Shown here: piece by piece, positions 9,933 to 18,793 of the stretch | Numbering within the stretch: the stretch's first letter is position 1 | How the letters are laid out: each line of letters opens with the position of its first letter | Source: Rhynchopus sp. YZ270_cl-10 | Taxonomy: Eukaryota | Assembly (NCBI GenBank): GCA_964035575.1 | Contig: OZ037833.1 | Span: forward strand, 1,302,001 to 1,366,000 | Length of the DNA stretch: 64,000 nucleotides | Direction of reading: 5' to 3' | Translations under genes and position numbers: made by a program | The notes under the pieces: model-generated | Told to the model about the DNA's origin: nothing | Database searches by the model: none | The model's input: the letters and a program-made list of their open reading frames with translations, nothing else

Positions 9933-12900
9933 CTAGAGACCCTTCGCGTCGGCGCTGCGCACCCCCCCGACACAGAAAGTCACGTTCTCTGCACACCGCG
10001 GTATGCGTGCGGACCCCGAGGATCTCTTCCTCGACCAAGAGTCCGCCGGTATCACCTCTGTCGAGATCCACTCCACGTGCAACGTCATCTTCGCCGCCTG
10101 CAGTCCGGAGAAGATTCTGCGCAGGATGTCGTTGCCCAGACGAGTCTTGGTGTGTCCCTTTTGCAGGACGAGTCGCACCGCATCGTTATCGACCCACAGG
10201 AGCACGGACGGCCACCCGCTCCGGCCAGCATACCGCAACGCCTTCTCTGCCGCCCACAGCTCAAGGTGGAACATGTCTCCCGACAGGTACTCTCGCTCCC
10301 ATGTACCCCATTCCGCCTGCGACAAAGGATCTCCCACTGTAGACGACACAAAACCCCAGCCCGTCGTCGAAGCGTCTGACCACACGGTCCCGGCAAAAAC
10401 GGACAACGGCAGTGGAGGCGCGTGCAGCCATCTGTTCGGGGCGAGGTGAGCCTGTACGAGGCCCCTCACATCGCGTCTGACCCCCTCCGGAAGACGCACC
10501 ACCGCATTCCATCCGCACACATGGTCTGCAATACGCTTCGCCCACCTGCGGATGAATTGTATCGAGTCGCAGAAATGACATAGTTTAAGCTGCGCAACGT
10601 ACGTAACCCGGAAGAGGACACCAAACATCGCCCACCACGCCAGCAACGTCGCCTCCTCCCTATCGCAAGACGCCGTTAAGCTGGAGAGCGCCTTCTGCTT
10701 CCATGCCTCCGGAAAACGAAACGCAGCACACGGAACGTCCCACTCCAGACCGATGTACGACACACGCTGCGCGGGAGCCTGCATGCTCTTAGCTTCGTTG
10801 ATCTCACCCTTGCAGTACGCAATCCTGTCTCGCACGTAAGCAGCGCGCGCGCGAACCTCGATCTCCGACGCACCGATCACAATCATATCGTCCAAGTACA
10901 CCGCAGACCCAGAGGCCAACAGCTCCCCCAGAAACACCTCCGACGTGTTCTGCGCAATCCACGGGGCGTAGCTGAAGCCCATTGGCAGCCTGCACCACCG
11001 GTACCAAGTGTGTCCTACCCTCACGCAAAAGAACGCAGCCACGTCCGGAGAAAGGGGGAACTGGTGGAAGTATCCACGGAGATCAATGACGGTAGCCCAG
11101 CCTGCCTTGTGCGAGTCCATGGAGCGCGCCAAAGAAAAAGGTGACGGAAGAGACAGCTTTGGAGGCTTCGGCAGTCGGGTGTTCACCGGCCTACCATCCA
11201 CAACAAGGCGCCTCACCAGCGGGTCAGCCTTAGGCACGTCGAAAATAGCAACTACGCCCCTCTTTCTATCGCACTCCCTGACCGGTGTCATCACCCCTGC
11301 CGCACAGCACTTCGCAACAAAACTCGGCTTGACGTCACTGCGGGGCCCCGGGAGCGGTACCCTCGAGGTAAGAGCCTCGGCGAAAGTCGCAGAGTCGGTG
11401 CACCACTTTAGAAAATCCCCTCTCTTACGGCTGCCGGCCAACCTGCGGACGCTCTGCAGACACAACGTACCAAGCGGGAAATCGTCCAGCCGCTCGCGCG
11501 AAGGAGGACGCAACAACCCCTGCGGCGCGCCTCTGTCCTCGATCGCATATCCGGTATCCGTCAGCACGTCGTAGTCCTCGGTGTCGTACACGTCCGGATA
11601 CCCACCACCACACAGCAGCCGCTCTACTGCAGCCTCCGCATCCAACTCCTCTCCTTCCCCCTCCTCGTGGCGTTCGTCGAGTCCAGGTACCGCAGCGTCT
11701 GCCTCTCGTCCTGGTGGCGGAGGGACTCCTTGATGTGGAGTCGGCTGGTGCCCGCCAGGTCCATCTGCTGTGCCGCCCCTCGGCGCAAGGAGTGCGTCCA
11801 CCACTGGCCATCCAGCTTCGGCATCACGCGCAGAATCTGGCGCTTCAGCACGGCGTAGCGGGGTGTATCCCCCCCGAACACCAAACCCCCCTCGGTCGCC
11901 TGACGCCAAAACTCCACCGCCACCGCCGTAATCTGCCCCCTGGGCAGGAAGATGGCCGGCTGCCACTGCAGACGCGCCTTCTCCTTCGCGTGCACCTCTG
12001 CATCCACCAGATGTGCCGCGCCGCCCTGGCCGTCGACTTCCCTCCAGTCGGCCTTCACGACGTACCGTATGTCGCTGATACGGGCACGCGTCATCCAGCA
12101 GATGGCAACCATGGCTGCAGCGGTGTTGTGCCCGCTCTGCCGCAGGAGCTTCAGGGCCGCCATGACCTCCGAGGTATGCAGGGGCGTCGCCTGTTTCGGA
12201 CGGATCATCACCCCCATGCGGCTGAGGGCCTTCTTGACCCTGATGACCTTCCGGGAGATCACCCACCCCTCGTCGTCTGCTATGGCTCGGCACAGTCGGT
12301 CCATGTAGTTTCGCACTACCCCAGGTGAAGCCGTCTTGAGCGCCCGCCACGCCCACTGGATCACCAAATCCTCCACGGTCGTTGTTCCCGGCATTGTCGA
12401 ACGGAACTCCTCGAAGCGAGCCAAAAGCCTGTCGCGCTCCTTCGCTGCATGGTGTCCGACCGCAAACGTATGTGCCTCCTGCCAGGGGACCAAGTCTCGG
12501 AGCAGCCGGCCCGCCTTCTTCCCGTCCCTCTCTGCGAAGACCTGCGACTCCACCCCCCTCCGCCACACAGCCGTGCTCGGCGGCCTCAAAAAAGGCGGAG
12601 GGCAGACTCCAGTCTGCTTGTTCACTATAGCGGCGCACGCTGCCGTATTTTTCTTGTCCTTTTCCTTTTTGTGGACCTTCAGTGTTCTCGTCTCTTTTTG
12701 TTGTCCTACAGCGTTTTTCGCAGCTAGAATCTTTTTGTTGTCTTTTTTCTTCTTCTTGTGGGCTATTATTGGCATCGCCTCTTTTTGTTGTCCTACAGCG
12801 ACATTCGCAGCTAGGATCTTTTTGTTGTCTATTTTCTTTGTGTGGGCTATTATTGGCATCGCCTCTTTTTGTTGTCCTACAGCGTTGTTCGCAGCTAGGA

Positions 12901-13103
12901 TCTTTTTGTTGTCTTTTTCCTTTTTGTGGGCTATTGTTATCATCGCCTCTTTTTGTTGTCCTACAGCGAGATTCGCAGCTAGGATCTTTTGCTTTTTCTT
13001 TATCTGTTTCTGGGCGCTCCTTGCAGCCGCCTCGTTTTGTTGTCCCACGGCGCTGACAGCTGCCCGGATCTTCTTCTCTTCCTCTGCGCTCCGTGGTCCA
13101 CAC
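9933..13103 (-). CDS. Pol: reverse transcriptase + RNase H; the N-terminal ~490 codons overlap the YR ORF in another frame
   Basis: RT motifs DLRGYFHQF, RLPMGFSYAP, YLDD and YIG; DIRS-type RNase H motifs WSDASTTGWG, LELWA, VDN and PADSWSR. The true start is uncertain. Confidence 0.92.
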   Translation of the reverse strand: MWTTERRGREEDPGSCQRRGTTKRGGCKERPETDKEKAKDPSCESRCRTTKRGDDNNSPQKGKRQQKDPSCEQRCRTTKRGDANNSPHKENRQQKDPSCECRCRTTKRGDANNSPQEEEKRQQKDSSCEKRCRTTKRDENTEGPQKGKGQEKYGSVRRYSEQADWSLPSAFFEAAEHGCVAEGGGVAGLRREGREEGGPAAPRLGPLAGGTYVCGRTPCSEGARQAFGSLRGVPFDNAGNNDRGGFGDPVGVAGAQDGFTWGSAKLHGPTVPSHSRRRGVGDLPEGHQGQEGPQPHGGDDPSETGDAPAYLGGHGGPEAPAAERAQHRCSHGCHLLDDACPYQRHTVRREGRLEGSRRPGRRGTSGGCRGAREGEGASAVAAGHLPAQGADYGGGGGVLASGDRGGFGVRGGYTPLRRAEAPDSARDAEAGWPVVDALLAPRGGTADGPGGHQPTPHQGVPPPPGREADAAVPGLDERHEEGEGEELDAEAAVERLLCGGGYPDVYDTEDYDVLTDTGYAIEDRGAPQGLLRPPSRERLDDFPLGTLCLQSVRRLAGSRKRGDFLKWCTDSATFAEALTSRVPLPGPRSDVKPSFVAKCCAAGVMTPVRECDRKRGVVAIFDVPKADPLVRRLVVDGRPVNTRLPKPPKLSLPSPFSLARSMDSHKAGWATVIDLRGYFHQFPLSPDVAAFFCVRVGHTWYRWCRLPMGFSYAPWIAQNTSEVFLGELLASGSAVYLDDMIVIGASEIEVRARAAYVRDRIAYCKGEINEAKSMQAPAQRVSYIGLEWDVPCAAFRFPEAWKQKALSSLTASCDREEATLLAWWAMFGVLFRVTYVAQLKLCHFCDSIQFIRRWAKRIADHVCGWNAVVRLPEGVRRDVRGLVQAHLAPNRWLHAPPLPLSVFAGTVWSDASTTGWGFVSSTVGDPLSQAEWGTWEREYLSGDMFHLELWAAEKALRYAGRSGWPSVLLWVDNDAVRLVLQKGHTKTRLGNDILRRIFSGLQAAKMTLHVEWISTEVIPADSWSRKRSSGSARIPRCAENVTFCVGGVRSADAKGL
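11624..13048 (-). CDS. Tyrosine recombinase with N-terminal 27-28 aa Lys-rich repeats
   Basis: Catalytic residues in order: R (ARISD), K, HSLRR, H (LRH), Y (LRYL). The frame is open back to 13117, directly after the gag stop. Confidence 0.9.
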   Translation of the reverse strand: MGQQNEAAARSAQKQIKKKQKILAANLAVGQQKEAMITIAHKKEKDNKKILAANNAVGQQKEAMPIIAHTKKIDNKKILAANVAVGQQKEAMPIIAHKKKKKDNKKILAAKNAVGQQKETRTLKVHKKEKDKKNTAACAAIVNKQTGVCPPPFLRPPSTAVWRRGVESQVFAERDGKKAGRLLRDLVPWQEAHTFAVGHHAAKERDRLLARFEEFRSTMPGTTTVEDLVIQWAWRALKTASPGVVRNYMDRLCRAIADDEGWVISRKVIRVKKALSRMGVMIRPKQATPLHTSEVMAALKLLRQSGHNTAAAMVAICWMTRARISDIRYVVKADWREVDGQGGAAHLVDAEVHAKEKARLQWQPAIFLPRGQITAVAVEFWRQATEGGLVFGGDTPRYAVLKRQILRVMPKLDGQWWTHSLRRGAAQQMDLAGTSRLHIKESLRHQDERQTLRYLDSTNATRRGKERSWMRRLQ

Positions 13104-13117
13104 TCCTCCCTCTCCGG

Positions 13118-13870
13118 TCAGACCCGCCGGCCCTTTTTTCCCCCCCCTCTCTGGGGCGCCTGGGAAAAAGCGCGCGTGGGAGGGATAAACGTCTGGTTGC
13201 GAAACTGGGGGGTAGCGTATCCTGCGCCACCCCTGTGGCCCCTGCTAGGCTGGAATCTGGGACGGTCCGGTACGCGGTGCGATTCTGCGTTCTTCGCAGC
13301 CTTCAAAGCCTTCTTCAGTTTTGGGTCGAGGTCCTCCTTCCTGATTTCGTCCGTGAAAGCCGCAGCCGCCACGCCACCCCACCTAAAGCGACAACGGAGA
13401 CCGACAAGCAACTCATGCAGCTTCACCAGCAGGACTTCAGCACCAGAACCGTCGAGGATCAGCTTCACCAAAGTCAGGAGACCTTCAGCCCACGCTTTCC
13501 CCTCCGGGGACTGGGGCACGTACAATTCCTGGAGCCTGCCGACTAGCTGCACGAGCTGTACCTGCGACATTTTCAGCCAGGAAGTAGGATCGTTGACCCC
13601 CGCATCGCCAGACAGCAGGGAGCCAGGTTGCACGGTGTGAGCGGTAGCGCCGGCGGGATCCTCGGTGGACTGAGACTCACTGGTCTCACTGTCCTCCCGC
13701 TTGCGCTTCGTGCCCCTGCCCGGTTGGCCGAAGTCCACCGTCAAACGGTCTTCTTCGTTACCCTGCGGGGGGGCCAACGGAGGCAGCGGCTTCTCGCGCT
13801 TCGGCGTGAAAATCACCTGCAATGCGGCTGCTTTGTCGGTTTCTTCGTCAGTTCTCGCGTCAGCCAACAC
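13118..13870 (-). CDS. Gag-like ORF1 of the YR retrotransposon (probable true start ATG 14015 in another frame)
   Basis: First long ORF of the element; helical-looking core and basic Gly/Arg-rich C-terminus. Assigned by position only. Confidence 0.65.
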   Translation of the reverse strand: MLADARTDEETDKAAALQVIFTPKREKPLPPLAPPQGNEEDRLTVDFGQPGRGTKRKREDSETSESQSTEDPAGATAHTVQPGSLLSGDAGVNDPTSWLKMSQVQLVQLVGRLQELYVPQSPEGKAWAEGLLTLVKLILDGSGAEVLLVKLHELLVGLRCRFRWGGVAAAAFTDEIRKEDLDPKLKKALKAAKNAESHRVPDRPRFQPSRGHRGGAGYATPQFRNQTFIPPTRAFSQAPQRGGGKKGRRV

Positions 13871-14070
13871 CGCGGCTTCCTCAGAGATGTCTGTTTTGTG
13901 TGCACCTCACACTCTTTACGGCGTCCGGCGCCCTTTCCATTGCTTCCGCCACCTCCTTCGACACCCGCAGAGACCACCAATCGCGTGTCTCGAAGTCAGC
14001 CAAAAAGGCTTCCATCGTGCGGGGAGGAGCTAGAGTGGGGAAAACGGAAAAAGCGAAAAATGAATTTTTT

Positions 14071-14109
14071 CAATGAAGTACAGAAACTGTAGCTTTAGAA
14101 ATCGTTGGT
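14071..14109 (-). other. Genomic copy of the spliced-leader exon (39 of 40 nt) inside repeat A1
   Basis: Reverse complement is ACCAACGATTTCTAAAGCTACAGTTTCTGTACTTCATTG, identical to 49966-50004; it replaces the segment ending in CAGCAG found in A2. Confidence 0.92.
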
Positions 14110-14554
14110 AAAAAGAAATAGCAGCCCGACGCCCACCTTTTTTGTTTAAAGTACTCTCAAACCCCACATAACGCACTTCCAGTGCCTTACAGTGCTGCTA
14201 TATGTGTGTTGTGTGTTGTGTGTTGTGTGTTGTGTGTGCAGGTGTTGCCCTGCGTTGCGTTGCAGGTTCTGACTTTTCTTTCTTTCTCTTCTCCCTCTGT
14301 GCATTCTTACCCAAGCTTACCCTGTGGTCGCCCTGAGTGCTCAATGAAGAAGAAGAAAAAAAAAATGGTAACAAAACCCCCCCATTCTCCCTTTTTAACC
14401 CTCCTGCCAACCCGCCGTTCTGCTTTGATAGGGGCCTGCAGGCCCCTATCAAGGTGTCTTGGCGAGGTCTTTGTACTTTGAACATTCTTCGTTTGTCCCC
14501 CCTTTTGCCTAATGCAAACACCGTACCCCCACCCACAACAGTGCTCCAGACAAT

Positions 14555-17500
14555 ATGAGAGGGCTGACCTGGGTGGCCCTAGCAGGGCTGCTCTGCGCAG
14601 CACAGGCGCAGACGAACGACATTGCATGCGGCTTCGACACTGACTGCAGGCACTACAACGACGTGGCGGCAACATGCGACACCACCACAAAGCGCTGCGT
14701 CTGCACGACGCTTGCAGCAGCACCCTTCGACTACGACGTGCACTCTAACACATGTGTCCAGCCGTACGCTGAGGGCTCCACCGCCGACACTGTGCTCTAC
14801 AACCCCCGCATTGAGTTCACCCTCAAGCTCACGTGGAACACAGACGCTGTCTGTGCGGACGCAACAAAGCTGCTTGTGATCAACGAGCTGATCACGATCA
14901 TGGAGAAGGTGGCGCCCAGCTCTGCATGGGAGTGGAAACTGCGTGGGTGCGAGGACGTCGGCCTCGCCCAAACAGGTGTGCTTGTGTTCTACGGCACGCA
15001 GCAGCGCAGTCTCTTCTCGAACCTGAACGACATGCAGGCCCTTATCAACGCCGAGATCCTTGCCAACGAGCCCACCACGACCATCACCAGCGAGACGTCC
15101 TTCCGCACCATCTACCCGGCCATCTGGTTCAACTGCCGCCCGAAGTCGGGTCTGACGACGTACCTGCGTACAAACAACATGCCGTGCTACCCAAGGGGAG
15201 CGACGCTTGCCACCATTGTCGAGGGCGTCTGCCAGGCCGTGAAGTGTGTCACGCACCTGACGCGCAAGCTTGACAACGGGCTCTTCCTATGCGACAACGG
15301 CGCACCCGGGATGACCTCGGAGGAGATTGTGGGTCTCATCTTCGGGATCATCATTGGGCTGATCCTCTTCGCAGGTATCATCCTCTTCTTCCTGCGTGCC
15401 TCTGCAGAGGAGGTCGACGAAAGCATCCCTTTTGCAAAGGTTGCCGACGACGCTGACGTTGCCGACGTGCAGCGCAGCGTCCCTGAGCCCACCCCCGTCC
15501 ACGTCAACCCCGAACCCGAGCCTGAGCCCGAACCAGAGCCCGAACCCGTTGTGGTCCCAAGAGCCATCACACCTGAACCTGAACCCGAGCCCGAACCTGA
15601 GCCAGTCCCCGAGCCTGAGCCTGAGCCTGAGCCAGAACCCGTCCCTGAGCCTGAACCGGAACCCGAGCCCGTCCCCGAGCCAGAACCCGAGCCCGAGCCT
15701 GTGCCCGAACCCGAGCCAGAACCGGAACCCGTGCCGGAGCCCGAACCCGAGCCTGAAGTGCCGCGCATGACTGACGACGAGGCAGCGTTGATCATCACCC
15801 GTGCAGTGCGCATGAGAGGCTTCAGAAACGCAATGAAGAGGTTCAGGGATCAGGAGAAGAAGAGGAGGTATGTCTCATGTGTAGTGTAGTGTAGAGTAGT
15901 GTGGTGTAGCGTATGAGCATGAATGTGTGGTCCGTGCACTGTGCTGAGTCTGGTTCGCTAGCCCGGAGTCAATTCCGGCGTCCTTCTAAAGTTACACACC
16001 ACCCCCATCCACACCCACACACCCCACAGAGAGTACCTTGGCGAAGGCAAGGCAGGCGCTATCGGCTGCGGCATCTACGCGAACATGATGGTGCACCCGA
16101 AGACGCTTAAGGCCGACGGCGCTGCGTTCCTGGCGGGCATCAAGGGTGGCGACCTGATTGTGGCTGTGACGGCTGATGGCCGTGGTGGTATTCCTGTCAA
16201 GAGCGCTGTGCAGTCGCGTGAACGCTACCTGCAGTGCGTGGGCCCGCAGAACGAAGTCTTCGAAGGCAGCACGATTGTGCTGACGGTCATCAGAGACAAG
16301 GCGGCGCAGGCGAAGTGGGACGACAAGCTCGGCCAGGTCGTGGACAAGGACTCTGAGGCTGCACGCACACCCTTCTCGAAGGAGCGGAAGGAGGCCTGGT
16401 TCGCTGCGCTCGCAACAATCCCGACTGTCGACAAGCCGGTCACGCTTCTGCAGGAGACTGACAACGTGCGGTCGACGAGAACCACGAAGATGGAGGCGAT
16501 GAAGAAGCGCAAGGGACTTAAGAAGATGGACGTTGGCCTTGTCAACGACTTTATGTATGACCCCTTTGACTCCTTTATTACTTCGTTTACACTACCATGT
16601 TTTTGACCTCTCTCTCTCTTTACGCTCTCTTGCACCACACCTATCCACAGGTCCGACCCAGAAGCATGCAAGGCGTTCACACGCCGTATCTTCGACAACG
16701 CTGACACAGACAAGAGCGGACAGCTCGACCACACCGAGATCAAGGGCGTCTTCCTCGAGATGGGTGAGTACACTGCATGCCCGCCCCCCAACGAGGAAGC
16801 GCTTAAGAGGCTGTACTTCTTGATGGACGACGACTGGAGTGGGTATGTTGCAGGGTCCTAGCTCAGTAGAACGGAAAAGGTGGCCCACCTTTTCCGTTCT
16901 TTTTTTTTTTTTTTTGGGTTTTTTTTACACGGTGCAAAAAACCGGTTGGCCAAGGAGGTCCTCAGTGTCGTCAGCCAGTCCCCTTTGCTGTTAAAAACAG
17001 CGACTTGGCGTGGTCAATTTTTCCGCGCGAACAGGGATTACGCTCCACGTGTGGAACGTATGGAAATCCATACGTGAATTGTTTTTGAAAAGGTGGAATC
17101 CATACGTGTCCATACGTAGGTAATTTGGGTTTTGGATTGGGGCTGGGGTGGGGTAGGTGAGGAGTGGGGCTCCGCCCCCACCTCTCACCTACCCCCTACA
17201 GAATTCTATTTGTAGGAGACAATTTTCTATTTTACCGGAAAAGGAGCATGCAGCATGGCGAAAGAAAAAAGTAGCGTACCGTGCGCCTGCGGCGCTAGAT
17301 TGCAATACACCCTTCCCATGACATAATAGGCAGTTTTAAGCGCAATTTTTAGAAATGTTGCGTACCGTGGCTTCGCCAGAAACTTTCGTTTTAGCAAAAT
17401 ATGGAAGTAAAGTTTACGGAACTGGACCATAGTTACCAACGAAAGTGCCATTTTATGTCAAGATTTTTTAAAAATGTTGCGTACCGTGGCTTCGCCAGGA

Positions 17501-18793
17501 ACATTTGGATGCCATGACTGATGATTTCTCCAGTTCTTCGAACTTTCACAACCCTTCTCAACCAACTTTGCCAGGGAGAGCGCGCGCGAAGCGCGCGCGG
17601 TTTTTAATTGTTTTTGCTTAGAATTGTACGTGTTGAAAATCCATACGTACTTTTTTTATTTTTGGGGGAGCTGCGTAATCCCTGCGCGCGAAGCGCAGAA
17701 AAATTTTTTTTGAGCCACCTTTTCCGTTTCTTTTTTTTTTCTTCTGAGCTAGAACCCTGTATGTTGTCACATTTTTTTTTTTTTTTTTTTTTTTTTTTGC
17801 ACGACGGCATAGTGATGAGTTTCCGTTCCCCCCCTCCCCTTTGTTGAACGGATGCGATCAAGACAACAAACTACTAAACAGTAAAGAGTCATTTCATTTC
17901 AGATGTTAGACATAGATCATATCAGCAACCTTTTTTTCATGGTCACTACGAGTGACTTAGGTTTATTGTTCGCATTATTCATTGTTAGCTTTAGGCACAA
18001 CCTCCATTTCCCCCCAACGTTTTAATAAAGTAGCAAAAGCAAAAACAAAACAAAACAAAACAAACTTTCAAACCCCCCAACGTTTTCACTGTTCTCCTTG
18101 AAGGGAAGGAATGCATGAAGCCTTACTAACATTTTTTCACCAAACCACCATCACAGACAAGTGTCTTTCGAAGAATTCTACCCGTACTTCCGTTCGCACC
18201 AAATCAGGGCAATTGCGGAGTTGTTCCAGTATGTGCATACACCACCATAGCATTTTTTTTTAAGATCTAAACCACGAAATGGATTGTAGGACTGCATGGT
18301 TGGGGTGTCCACACTCCGGTACACCCGGTCATTGTACCAAGGTACACTGTCATGAGAGGGCTTTGGATTTCAAGTCAACATTTCTTTTTACGACAAAGAA
18401 ACTACCCCGCTGAAGTTTTGTTTGAACAAACACATGGTGAACTCAGAGGGTGGTATTTCACTAGGCAATGTGGGTGTCAACAACGTTTCCATTCCACATA
18501 GCTGAATGCTGTGCGTTAACAATTATGATCAGGGTGACCATAGCACAGTTAGGTTCATAGGATGTAGACAAACTTTTCTTTCTTGCTTACGGAACACTCA
18601 CGTCCCCACCCTTAGCGTGAGCACGACCGAGCTGTATTTTAGTACGTTTTTGCTCTTCTTTTTTTTTGCAAAACCCACCCTTCCAGCCCTTAACTTACAA
18701 AGTACTACAGTGAAATACAAAACAAACAGAGTAGCAAAAACAAACCAAACAAAAACTTTCAAACCACCTCCACCCCCTAACAGGTCTGAATAA
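14555..18793 (+). CDS. Type I membrane protein: Cys-rich ectodomain, TM, PE-repeat, IQ-like, PDZ-like and paired EF-hand (5 exons)
   Basis: Exons 14555-15867, 16030-16554, 16651-16842, 18157-18228 and 18784-18793. All introns are GTATG...CAG and phase 2. Splicing completes the EF loops [12 protein letters not shown] and DDDWSG|QVSFEEF. Branch site TACTAAC at 18124. Confidence 0.82.
17032..17684 (+). mobile_element. hAT-type MITE in intron 3
   Basis: TIR CAGGGATTACGC / GCGTAATCCCTG; 8-bp TSD CGCGCGAA; shorter copy at 36922-37252. Confidence 0.88.

Larger units (their letters stand above)
9467..14206 (-). mobile_element. Full-length tyrosine-recombinase (DIRS-order; VIPER/TATE-like gene order) retrotransposon with split direct repeats
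   Basis: Repeats A1 14016-14206, B1 9801-9938, A2 9585-9804, B2 9467-9604; gag-like, YR and RT/RNaseH ORFs; no TSD beyond a shared TGTG core. Confidence 0.95.

Noticed and set aside
12336..13640. 434-aa + strand ORF
   Set aside because: Antisense shadow of the gag/YR frame; no motifs.
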